A stretch of 64,000 bases of DNA from Acidobacteriota bacterium (lineage in GTDB: Bacteria > Acidobacteriota > UBA6911 > RPQK01 > JAJDTT01), in assembly GCA_965263035.1 (NCBI GenBank), contig OZ253580.1, positions 2,400,001 through 2,464,000 of the forward strand. The letters are read 5' to 3'. Position numbers and translations under genes: made by a program. Every line of letters starts with the position of its first letter. Position 1 is the stretch's first letter. Under the pieces are notes generated by a model that ran no database searches, was not told the origin of the DNA, and worked only from the letters and a program-made list of their open reading frames with translations. This document shows, in pieces, positions 1 to 9,160 of this stretch.

Positions 1-66
1 CTTCGGATCCAGACCCGGCGCGATCTTCTTCTTGCAGGCCATCAACTGGGCTAGTTCACTCGGCAT
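1..66 (-). CDS. 5' part of a gene running off the window edge (MPSELAQLMACKKKIAPGLDPK...)
   Basis: ATG at 66 preceded by GAGGAAG RBS; frame open to position 1; too short to identify. Confidence 0.5.
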   Translation of the reverse strand, partial: MPSELAQLMACKKKIAPGLDPK

Positions 67-180
67 GGCTTCCTCGTGAGAAGGGGGACTGTCACCTTTT
101 TCCGCGTCCGGCAACCTCAAAAGACTGGAGAGGACGTCGATTTCCCGATCTGCGAGCTCCGGGCATTCGCATGATCGAAG

Positions 181-444
181 TCAACGAGTGGGTCCTGGGC
201 TGACTCCAATCCGATTCCCCAGACTCCCCTTGATATGGCCCATATCGATCTCTACGTTACGGAGTCTTTCATCAATTTTTTGAATTCTCTGGTCAATACT
301 ACTGAGATACCATCCGCCCGCACCCAGCAAAAGAAGAAGTACAACCCGGAAAATCCAGTTCACACTCAATCCCCCATTGGTTTCCCGGTGAGAAGAAAAA
401 TGTATCTTACCTGAGTCCGGATCCTTCAGGAGTTTAGAATTCAC
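181..444 (-). CDS. small single-TM hypothetical protein with coiled-coil-like C-terminus
   Basis: GTG at 444 after a purine-rich RBS; hydrophobic WIFRVVLLLLLGAGGWYL followed by IDQRIQKIDERLRNVE; visibly lower GC than neighbours. Confidence 0.5.
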   Translation of the reverse strand: MNSKLLKDPDSGKIHFSSHRETNGGLSVNWIFRVVLLLLLGAGGWYLSSIDQRIQKIDERLRNVEIDMGHIKGSLGNRIGVSPGPTR

Positions 445-878
445 CGCTGTCCCCCTACTCCCCGTTCCGCAATATTGGAGCGGCCTTGGTGATTCCTTCG
501 AAGAGCCCCTCCAATCGCGACATCCGCTCGCGCAGGTCTGCGATGTCCTCACGAATATCCGAAATGTCACTCCGCATGGCACGTTGACCGGGAACGAGGG
601 CGCCGGCGAGCGCAATCGTCGCCACGATGATCCCGATGATCCCGATGAGTTACGAACTCATGAATCCTTCCTCCTACGGTTCGCCCTCATCGGGTGAAGG
701 TATCGGCAGACTATCACGCCCATGTCTACTGGGAATACTTGGGCGGTGCCGGTCTCCCGGCCACAGTCCCGGCAGGTTTCCTTGCGGCCTGCTCCGAGTA
801 TGGAGATCGTCCCCTCAATTGATTCGGTCCCTCTATGACTGTAACGCGTCAGCCACGGAATCTGCGTTGACTCCGGCC

Positions 879-912
879 AAAAAAAAGGGCCAGCCCGAAG
901 GCTGGCCCTTTT
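879..912. terminator. intrinsic terminator, likely bidirectional
   Basis: A8-GGGCCAGCC-CGAA-GGCTGGCCC-T4, 25 bp past the stop of the TonB receptor. Confidence 0.9.
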
Positions 913-937
913 GAAACGCTCGATTGCGCTTGGATCG

Positions 938-3900
938 CTAGAACGAGAAGCGGAATCCAATCTGAATCTGCCGCGCTGTCGCTGCCGAGGTCACCCGGCC
1001 AACACCACCACTGGCATGGTTGCCGTTGGGCGCGTTGAAGACCGCGTGGTTGAAGGCGTTGAAGAAGTCCGCCCGGACGTCGAAGACCTTGTCTTCTCCG
1101 AAGGCGAAATTCTTGTGCAGCGAGAGGTCCACGATGGGAACTCCGTCGTAGCGCAGCGGATAGGGAGCACCGTTACCCAGGGACCGCCTTGCCGCTTCGT
1201 GACAGAAGTTGGCCCCGCCGCAGAGCGACGTGTCCATGATCCGCTGCCCCGGCACGTTCGGGTTCTCGATGCCAGGTGCCGTGAAGGCACTGGTGTCATA
1301 CCACCGCTCCACCGTGGCTCCGCCGCCCAAGGCCCCGTCCTTTATCCGGTCGGTGTACCGGCGTGAACGGCCGCCCTGGTTCCACAGATCGGTGCTGTAG
1401 TAGACCCGGAAGGGGGCTCCCGTAGTGAGAGTGGTGATGCTGGTGAGCTCCCAACCGCCCAGCAGGGACTTGGTGACCCCGCCGGCGTTCCGGAAGAAAG
1501 GCAGCTCCCAGATGCCGGACATGTAGTAGGTGCTGGAGCGGTCGTGCTGCATGGGCGCCCGCAGGGCGTGGCGCTCGTAGTCACGCGACCCGGACCAGTC
1601 TCCCCAGTTGCCGTTGTAGTTCATGGCCATGGCCTTGGACCAGGTGTAACCCATGGAAAGGGCGATACCGTCGCGGAAGCGCCGCTCCAACTTGGTCTGC
1701 AGGGAGTTGTAGTTCATGCTCCCGTGCGGCCGCAGCATGGTGTTGGGAATGACCTGGGGATAAGGCCGCCGGGCCAACTGCCCATTCCATTCACGACCGA
1801 CCTCGCCACGAGTCTCGGCCGGAATCCACTCGCGAGGCCCGGCAGTGATGGGGTCGCTGGTCAAGGTCGTGGTGCCGCCTCCGATCAGAGGCACGACGTA
1901 CCCTTCGGGCATGGCCACGTTGAAGGGGCTGATCTCACGAATGTGGCGCCCCTGGTTGCCCACGTAACCGATTTCCCACTTGGTCCCCTGGAACAACTCG
2001 TGCTGAATCATGAGGTTGTAGGAATAGACTTGGCCTTCCTGCCAATCCAATTCGGAGAAGTAGCAGGTGCGGTAGTTGCTGTTGACCCGAATGCCATCCG
2101 CGTTGACCGCACCCGTATCCCGGGGCAGGTCGAGCCGTATGCCGCTGATGAGGGAGGGGACTGCCTCTCCTCGTACGGCCGGCAGGTTGATGACGCCGAC
2201 GTTGGGCCGCATGACCCGGGCGCGGAGAATTCCGAACTCCTGGTCATAGGTCAGGCCCGCACCGGCGCGGAGTACCGTCCGGTTGGTCCCGAACATGCGC
2301 CAGGCCAGACCCAACCGAGGAGCAAAGTAGCGCCACTTGGCCTTGTAACAACCGTGGTGAGGCAGGTTGGCGAAGGGAACGGCGATTCCGACGGCACCCT
2401 GCCACTGGGCGATGTCGAAATCCTTGGGCATCATCTCTACCGGATCGATCCGGTTGGTGGCCTGGGTGTAGTCGTAGCTACAGTAGTAGTAGTCCTTGGT
2501 GTACGACCCGTTGGGGTGTCCCTCGTAAAAGGGCGGCCGCGGCTGCTCCCAGCGAAGGCCGATGTTCAGGGTCAGGTTCGGACCCACCTTCCAGTCGTCG
2601 TTGATGAACCAATTGTAATGGCTCTGGTTGAAGTGGCCCGTGTTCTCGCCGATGCCCAGCACGTTGCCGAAGACCGAGGAGGGCGTTCCCAGCATGAAAT
2701 CGGCCCAGCCCTCGCCCTCGGAAACGCCCGCGAAGGTTCCGTCGGGGTTGTACTGGAGTTGGCCCGTGCCGAACCCGTTGAAGCTGTCCCCACCGGCCGC
2801 ATAGGGCGGAATCCAATAGTAGTGGACATCCAGGTTCCGGACATGCTCGACGCCGAACTTCAGGTAGTGGTCTCCCTTCCTCCAGGAGGCCGTGTACTTG
2901 AAGCCCAGGCCCCAGTCCGCAAGCGGCGATTCGGTGGCGCCGCCCCAACCGGTGTAGCCGGAAGGGCTCAGGCGGGGCATGTTGGCGCCGCCGCGGTTGC
3001 CGTTGGGCAGATACACTTCCCAGTTGTGGCCGTCGTCGAAGCCCAGCTCCCGCGGCCAGTTGGTGTCCTCGATGGGCCGTGAGATGAGCCAGGTGAACTT
3101 CCAGATGGACTGGGTGTACTCGGTCACCAGGTTGGAACCGATGGGGTTCACCCAACTGATGCCGATCTGGTAGCCGCGGGACCGGTCCTGGAACTGGCGG
3201 TAGATGCCGTCCTGGTTGGCGCCGGGGACCCCCCAACGCCCGGTATGGGTAAAGGCGGGGGACCGCTGCCAACTGTAACGGCCGAAGATGGTGTCGTCGT
3301 TGCCGAACTGGTGGTCGACGCGGAACGAGTACTTGTCGATCTTGGTGTTGGTCGCCCGGGGATAGGCGTAGTTGCTGGTGAGCTCACCCGCCTGGTTGGG
3401 TGCCGGAGGGGGCATCAACTCCATCACCTTCTTGTAGACGGCCCCCTGCATGTTGGCCGGGATCTGGTTGTTGGGGAACGGAGCCCGCACGCCGGTTGCG
3501 TCTGCCTGGCTTCCGGTGAAGTCAAACGGATTGTAGAGCTGAGGGATGACCCCCTTGGCGCCCGAACCCGAGAAGTTGCCCTGGGTGATGGCCGTGGAAG
3601 GCGCGGTAGCGAAGCCGGCCGTTTGCAGGTTGTCAATGAACTTCTCGTAATGGGCGTGGAAGAAGGTCTTGTCCTTGAGGACGGGACCACCGATGGAGCC
3701 GCCGCCGATGTGGTAGTCCACTGGCAGCTTCTTCAGCCCCGACCGGTTCTGGAAGAAGTTGGCCGCATCCAGAGTCTCATCCCGGAAGTAGTACCAGGCA
3801 TGGCCGTGGAACTCGTTGCTCCCGCTCTTGGAGAGCATGGTGATGACCGCCCCGCCCACGCGGCCGTACTCGGCCGAGTAGTTGTTGGTGATGACCTTGA

Positions 3901-4585
3901 ACTCCTGCACCGTCTCCGGAGTCGGCTGCACCGTGGGCCGCTGCGTGATGTAGCCCATGTTGTTGGAGCCGTCCAACTGGATCTGGTTGGAGTGCGAATA
4001 CAGGCCGTTGAAGGTGGGATAGCCGCCGCCGTAGGCGTAGAGGGCCGTGTAGCCGACCTCCTGCCGCTCCTGGGTCCCACCCGTGGTCAGGTAGGCCAGC
4101 TTCACCATGTCGCGGCCCGCAAGAGGAAGATCCAGGATCTTCTTCTCTTCGATGACCGCCGCCACCTCGGCATTGTCGGTGTCGATGATGGTGGACTGTC
4201 CGGTGACCGTCACCTGCTCGGAGATTTCGCCGGGGGACATGGTGAGATCGATGCGGGATACCGTCTGAACCTCCAGACGGACCCCCAGGGAGCGGGCCGT
4301 CTTGAAGCCGGGCAACTCCGCCGAGATGTCATAGAAACCGGGGATCAACTTGTCGATGACGTAGTCACCGCGGTCGTTGGTCACCGCCATGTGCGGCACG
4401 TTGGTCGCCGTGGCCGTGGCCGTGACTTCCACCCCGGGCACCACCGCTCCGGTCTGGTCCTTGACGGTACCCAGCAACCGGGAAAAGGTGGCAGCCTGTC
4501 CGTAGGCCAGCGGCGCCGCAAGCGCATGAACGACGAACACCAAGGCTGCCGTCGCCAGCCATAGAGACTTGTTCTTGTAGCTCAT
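938..4585 (-). CDS. TonB-dependent receptor with N-terminal carboxypeptidase-regulatory-like domain (acidobacterial Oar-like type)
   Basis: AGGAGG RBS and signal peptide; GTVKDQTGAVVPG N-domain; VQEFKVITNNYSAEYG plug motif; C-terminal RQIQIGFRFSF. Confidence 0.92.
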   Translation of the reverse strand: MSYKNKSLWLATAALVFVVHALAAPLAYGQAATFSRLLGTVKDQTGAVVPGVEVTATATATNVPHMAVTNDRGDYVIDKLIPGFYDISAELPGFKTARSLGVRLEVQTVSRIDLTMSPGEISEQVTVTGQSTIIDTDNAEVAAVIEEKKILDLPLAGRDMVKLAYLTTGGTQERQEVGYTALYAYGGGYPTFNGLYSHSNQIQLDGSNNMGYITQRPTVQPTPETVQEFKVITNNYSAEYGRVGGAVITMLSKSGSNEFHGHAWYYFRDETLDAANFFQNRSGLKKLPVDYHIGGGSIGGPVLKDKTFFHAHYEKFIDNLQTAGFATAPSTAITQGNFSGSGAKGVIPQLYNPFDFTGSQADATGVRAPFPNNQIPANMQGAVYKKVMELMPPPAPNQAGELTSNYAYPRATNTKIDKYSFRVDHQFGNDDTIFGRYSWQRSPAFTHTGRWGVPGANQDGIYRQFQDRSRGYQIGISWVNPIGSNLVTEYTQSIWKFTWLISRPIEDTNWPRELGFDDGHNWEVYLPNGNRGGANMPRLSPSGYTGWGGATESPLADWGLGFKYTASWRKGDHYLKFGVEHVRNLDVHYYWIPPYAAGGDSFNGFGTGQLQYNPDGTFAGVSEGEGWADFMLGTPSSVFGNVLGIGENTGHFNQSHYNWFINDDWKVGPNLTLNIGLRWEQPRPPFYEGHPNGSYTKDYYYCSYDYTQATNRIDPVEMMPKDFDIAQWQGAVGIAVPFANLPHHGCYKAKWRYFAPRLGLAWRMFGTNRTVLRAGAGLTYDQEFGILRARVMRPNVGVINLPAVRGEAVPSLISGIRLDLPRDTGAVNADGIRVNSNYRTCYFSELDWQEGQVYSYNLMIQHELFQGTKWEIGYVGNQGRHIREISPFNVAMPEGYVVPLIGGGTTTLTSDPITAGPREWIPAETRGEVGREWNGQLARRPYPQVIPNTMLRPHGSMNYNSLQTKLERRFRDGIALSMGYTWSKAMAMNYNGNWGDWSGSRDYERHALRAPMQHDRSSTYYMSGIWELPFFRNAGGVTKSLLGGWELTSITTLTTGAPFRVYYSTDLWNQGGRSRRYTDRIKDGALGGGATVERWYDTSAFTAPGIENPNVPGQRIMDTSLCGGANFCHEAARRSLGNGAPYPLRYDGVPIVDLSLHKNFAFGEDKVFDVRADFFNAFNHAVFNAPNGNHASGGVGRVTSAATARQIQIGFRFSF

Positions 4586-5055
4586 TCCGTCTTTCCTCCT
4601 GAAAGCTAGCAAGCCTAAAACTTTCCGGCCAATTTGGCCGTCCTTACAATTAAGGAACAAATATTCCGCGTCAATACGTCCGGGCACTTGTAGCCGATCC
4701 GTTTCGGCGCGTCAACAAAAAATTTTTGCCCTGGCCCGGGAACTAGGCCCCTGGCGATGGGCTGAATCCGCTCCACGGACTCGCCGTCAGGCTAAGCATG
4801 TTAGGTGCCAATACCCGGAAATCACTGGTTAACATATTGAAGTAATGATACTTAGACCCTATTCATGGCATCCAGATCAACTCCAAAACTCCAATGATTT
4901 GGACTGATGCAAGGGCCGCCAGCCAAAAAACTGAACCCTAGCCGGCCGAGGCGGACGAGGCCTGAACACTCGGGGCAACGATTCAGCACCCCCTCGAGAC
5001 ATCCCTACCCAAAGTCGTGCCGACGGCTCCCCTCTCACTCCTCGCTCCTCACTCG

Positions 5056-7470
5056 TCACTCCTCATCTTCGACGTAGGCGCGGCGTCGACCGTACAGGTC
5101 CAGCCGCTCCTGCAACAAGCGGCCCAAAGGGTTTCCGGGATGGGCGGCGACCAGCCGGATCGCCTTGCGGGCCGCGGCGACGGCTTGATCGAAGTCCCCC
5201 GCGGCGGCATAGGCTGCCGCCAGGACGTCCAGCATCCGCGGATCCTGCTCCCGTGTCATCCGGACCGCCCTGCGGCCGAGTTGGATCGCCTCGTGCGGGC
5301 GCCGCCTGGAAGGCTCGGGGTGAGTCGCCAGGATCCAGGCCAGGGCGGCCTGGGGAGCGGGCCATCCCGGCTGGCGGCGGATCGCCTCCTCCAAGTAGCG
5401 ACCGGCCTCGTCGAAGCGACCGGCCATCCGGAGAGCCAGACCCAGGTTGCCCAGCACCTCCACCGAGTCCGGCTTCAACTCCACCGCCTTGCGAAAATGC
5501 GCCAAGGCCTCTTCCATGCGGCCTCCTGCCGCCAACAGGTTCCCCAGGTTGTTCCGGGCGTCGAAGCTGTTCGGATCGAGCCGCAGGGCACTTTGGAACT
5601 GCTCGACCGCTTCCGGCATTCGGTTCCGGGCGGCCAGAGCGCGCCCGAGGCCGGTGTGGAGCTCCACCGACGCCGGTCCCTTCTCCAAGGCCCGGCGGAA
5701 GTGGGTCGCCGCCTCCTTGAAGTTCCCCTGTTCCGCCAGGGCGGCGGCCAGGTTCCGGTGCGTCTCCATGGCATCGGGGTCGATCCGGAGCGCCTGCCGG
5801 AAATGCCGGATCGCCTCCACGCGGCGCCCGGTGGACTGGAGGGCCACAGCCAGATTGTTGTGCGCCCGGGCCTGCCGCGGCTTCAGGTCCAGCGTCTTCC
5901 GGTACCAGGTCACGGCCTCGCCGGGCCGTTTCATCTGGTCGAGGGCATGACCCAGGTTGAAGTAGTAGGCCCAGAACCGGGGACTGAGGCGGATGGCCTC
6001 CTGCCACTCGCCGACGGCCTTGGACAATTCTCCCAGCCGGATGTAGCGATGGGCCAGCGTGTCACGGAAACCCGGGTCCTCGGGATGGTCCCGAACCAGC
6101 TTCTCGTAGCCCTCCACGTCGGCCAGCAGCTCCCGATGGGCGTGGTCGCGGACCAGTTGTTCCAGTCCCTTCCCGTCGGTGGCCAGGACCTGCAGCCAGA
6201 GGTCTCCCATCTCGTCCGAAGATTGGGGTCCGTAGACGACTCTCCGGGGCGGACTGTGTGGATTCCGCAGGTTGTCCGCCGAGTTGTCGTAGGTGTACTC
6301 CATTTCCAGAGTGGTGCCGGCCGGCAACGAGATGGGGGAAGAGTAGCGGTACTCGTCCTGCCAGTTGAAATCCCAGTCCTGGATATGGACCAGCCACCGG
6401 AGACGCCCGTCGGGCAGCCTCGCCGTGCCCTTCATCTCCCGGGCCAGATAGTGGGCATGAGGATAGACGCTCAGGAGCCGGGCATCCACGGGGAGGCGAT
6501 AGGCGTCGCGGATCGTATAGTTGGCGTCCCCGGCCTCGATGTCGATCACCTTGGAGCCCAGACGGAGCATGTAGGGCGTCTTGGTCGGCGGTTTCCGGGC
6601 GAAGAAAAGCCCCAGAGAGGACTGAATCGGCTCGGGCTTGCCCGTGGGCAGCATATGGAGCTGAAACACCACGTCGGTGCCGGGGTCGAGGCGCCAGGCC
6701 ATGTCGGCGGACCTCAGAAAGGGACCTTTGCCCGGCGTCCAACCCTCGAAGTGGCCGCCGGGACTGGTGGCCTGATTGTAGAGCATGCCATCGTATCCCG
6801 GCTCCGGATCCTTGGCCTCGTGAGCGCGGGAGGTCCCGGTGGAGTCCACCAGGATCACGACGTGGTGGACGATGGGGGCGTTGCCCGGCCGAAACTCAAC
6901 GCCTCTCACGTAACGGGTGCGGTCGACGGGACTGGGGATCACGAAGTTTCGGACCACGTCGGGACCGTCGGCCGGGAGGGTGTAGACCTGCGGCATCCGG
7001 ATGACCAGGTCGGGCTCGCCCAGTTGCCAGCCCTGGGGCCACTCGGGGGGAGCGGGAAGGTCCGTCGGGTCTCCTTCCAGCAGCTCTCCTCGCAGCCAAT
7101 TCTGGAGCAGGTCCAGTTCCCGGACGGTGAGCCGCCGGTTCCCGACGAAGCGGCCCTTTCCCGTCTCGGGCAGCCAGGGCGGCATGTAGCGGGTGCCCGT
7201 GACGACCTCGATCTGGCTCGCCCGCGTCTTCACCTCCTCATAGGTCAGGAGGCTGAAGGGGGCCACCTGCCCGGGCCGGTGGCAGGGTGCACAGCGCTTG
7301 TAGACGATGGGGGCGACGTCCCGGTTGAAGGTGACGGGTCCGGCGGGCACCTGGGTTGTTTCGGGGGGACTGCAGGCCGGTGAGACGGCCGTCAGGATCA
7401 ACCCGGCCAGTAGAGCCGGGAGCCGGGTGGATTCTGGATGTCGTCCAGGACGGGGAAGCCGCATATCCAT
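5056..7470 (-). CDS. c-type heme (CxxCH) plus copper type II monooxygenase-like domains plus TPR array; probably exported
   Basis: TFNRDVAPI..CAPCH; VHHV, QLHM, PHAH, DEMG motifs; WDFNWQ; multiple TPR repeats in the C-terminal half. Confidence 0.75.
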   Translation of the reverse strand: MDMRLPRPGRHPESTRLPALLAGLILTAVSPACSPPETTQVPAGPVTFNRDVAPIVYKRCAPCHRPGQVAPFSLLTYEEVKTRASQIEVVTGTRYMPPWLPETGKGRFVGNRRLTVRELDLLQNWLRGELLEGDPTDLPAPPEWPQGWQLGEPDLVIRMPQVYTLPADGPDVVRNFVIPSPVDRTRYVRGVEFRPGNAPIVHHVVILVDSTGTSRAHEAKDPEPGYDGMLYNQATSPGGHFEGWTPGKGPFLRSADMAWRLDPGTDVVFQLHMLPTGKPEPIQSSLGLFFARKPPTKTPYMLRLGSKVIDIEAGDANYTIRDAYRLPVDARLLSVYPHAHYLAREMKGTARLPDGRLRWLVHIQDWDFNWQDEYRYSSPISLPAGTTLEMEYTYDNSADNLRNPHSPPRRVVYGPQSSDEMGDLWLQVLATDGKGLEQLVRDHAHRELLADVEGYEKLVRDHPEDPGFRDTLAHRYIRLGELSKAVGEWQEAIRLSPRFWAYYFNLGHALDQMKRPGEAVTWYRKTLDLKPRQARAHNNLAVALQSTGRRVEAIRHFRQALRIDPDAMETHRNLAAALAEQGNFKEAATHFRRALEKGPASVELHTGLGRALAARNRMPEAVEQFQSALRLDPNSFDARNNLGNLLAAGGRMEEALAHFRKAVELKPDSVEVLGNLGLALRMAGRFDEAGRYLEEAIRRQPGWPAPQAALAWILATHPEPSRRRPHEAIQLGRRAVRMTREQDPRMLDVLAAAYAAAGDFDQAVAAARKAIRLVAAHPGNPLGRLLQERLDLYGRRRAYVEDEE

Positions 7471-7571
7471 GGGTCAGTTTACTATCAGGCTGCCGCGGCT
7501 TTCACGAGACTTGCAAGGGGGGGGACTTCCAGCCCCCGTAACACCCCGGAAGCGGCGACTCGAAGTTGCCG

Positions 7572-8801
7572 CTACGTGGCTTCTCGCTCATGCAGGTGGA
7601 GCCAGACATTGGAAATCAATCCCAGCACGCCGAGGAGGGAGGAGATGCCGAAGACCCACGAACCCAGACCGGATCGGCTGAAGAGCCAGGCGCCCACCAG
7701 GGGCGCTGCCAGACCCCGGAAGCCGGTGAGGGCCACGTGGACGGTATTGTACAGGACCACCTGCCGGGGACGGGCGAAGTAGAGCGACCCGGTGGTCCAG
7801 ACGATCTGGTTCCCGCTGCTGGTCACCCCCTGGATCAGGCTGCCCACCAGGAAGGGCCAGACCAGCAGGTGGAGCCCCCCGAAACAGTAGAGGGCGTTGA
7901 CGGCGGCCATGAAGCAACTGAAGACGGCGCGCCCCTGCATGGGATTCACCCGGTCCAGGAAGCGGCCCCACAGAGGAGAGGAGAGGGGCTGGAGGACCTG
8001 GGGCAGGACCGCCACGGCCAATCCCATCGCCCACACCGGTGCGTCGAGGGATTCCCGCATGACCTCGGCCACCAGCACCATGGACATGAAGTTCCCCCAA
8101 CCCGTGGAGAAGAAGGCGGCCTGGTACAAGAGGAAGCTCCGGTCCGAAAGAAGGACCTTGAGTCCGTCCCTCAGCGCAGTGGAGTACCGGATGGAACCGT
8201 CGGACAGGGACTCCGCCCGGGCCGGGATCCGGATCTTGCCGTAACACCAGGCGGAGCCGATCAGGAGCACTCCGACCACAACGTAGACGAGCCCGTAGAG
8301 AGCGTTTCCGGCATCGATGAGCCAAGTCCCCGCCACGGTGGCCAATCCGCCCGCGACGAACGCGATTCCCTTGAGCGAGCCCACGGCCAGAGACCGGTGG
8401 GAGTCCGGGTAGAAGATCCGATAGAGGCTCATCTCCGTGAGGCGAGTGGGTACGGCCATCAGGTAGGCCAGGCTCACCAGGAGGACGAATGCCGTTGCGC
8501 CGGATACCAGGGCCACGCCGGCCAGGGCCACGCCGGCCGCCATGTTGGGCCAGACCACCAGGCGTTGGAGACCGGCCAGGCGGCCCAAATAGGCCCATCC
8601 GGGAGCCAGCAGCCCCGACATGCCCCAGATGCATCCCAGCACCGTCAATTGCCAGAGCTCTCCGTCCAGAACGGTCTTGAGGACGACCCAACTCAGCGGC
8701 AGCAGGGCGACGAAAGCTCCCCGCCCGATGCTGTAGAGGCTCTCGTAGTAGAGAGCCGGACGGCTGCGGTAGGGGACGGTCCGGAGGTAGCGCCGGAGCA
8801 T
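7572..8801 (-). CDS. MFS transporter
   Basis: About 12 hydrophobic segments in 409 aa; WGRFLDRV loop motif. Confidence 0.8.
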   Translation of the reverse strand: MLRRYLRTVPYRSRPALYYESLYSIGRGAFVALLPLSWVVLKTVLDGELWQLTVLGCIWGMSGLLAPGWAYLGRLAGLQRLVVWPNMAAGVALAGVALVSGATAFVLLVSLAYLMAVPTRLTEMSLYRIFYPDSHRSLAVGSLKGIAFVAGGLATVAGTWLIDAGNALYGLVYVVVGVLLIGSAWCYGKIRIPARAESLSDGSIRYSTALRDGLKVLLSDRSFLLYQAAFFSTGWGNFMSMVLVAEVMRESLDAPVWAMGLAVAVLPQVLQPLSSPLWGRFLDRVNPMQGRAVFSCFMAAVNALYCFGGLHLLVWPFLVGSLIQGVTSSGNQIVWTTGSLYFARPRQVVLYNTVHVALTGFRGLAAPLVGAWLFSRSGLGSWVFGISSLLGVLGLISNVWLHLHEREAT

Positions 8802-8852
8802 GAACCGGAGAATACAGGAAAGAGGAAAGAGGCAAGAGAAAATAGGAAAGCT

Positions 8853-8976
8853 CCCTCACCGGCCGGGCTCCGGAGGATTCATGGAAGAAACAAGCCTTCG
8901 AACCAATCTGGCTCCAGAATCCTTAACCAGATCGTTTTCGGTAGAGGTGCCCGCTACGCGCCTTTCCTCCACTCTT
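8853..8976 (+). repeat. ~125 bp diverged repeat (family C), copy 1
   Basis: Aligns by eye to the reverse complement of 24341-24470 (CCCTCACCGGC..GGATTC..AGAAACAAG.CTTCGAA.CAATC..TTTCGGT.GAGGTGCC.GCTAC). Confidence 0.75.
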
Positions 8977-8988
8977 CTAAGAAACAAG

Positions 8989-9060
8989 GAGGGGCGACTT
9001 CCAGTCGCCCATTCCTCCATGCTCCACCGGAGTTCGGCGGTTGGAAACCGCCGCTCCTAC
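8989..9060. repeat. REP-like hairpin pair (family A)
   Basis: GGCGACTTCCAGTCGCC and GGCGGTTGGAAACCGCCGCTCC in inverted arrangement. Confidence 0.8.
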
Positions 9061-9160
9061 CCTTTTTCTGCTGGGTGTCCGCCGGACCGGGCCGGTGGGG
9101 GAGCTTTTCTCTTTCCTCGGGTCTTTCCGGGGAGGATCTTAGTCGATAGGATTAGGTGGC

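Noticed and set aside
4750-4800. Possible riboswitch upstream of the TonB receptor (GGCGATGG...)
   Set aside because: Only a hairpin is evident; downstream fluoride or cobalamin consensus elements are not found, and it reads on the strand opposite the gene.
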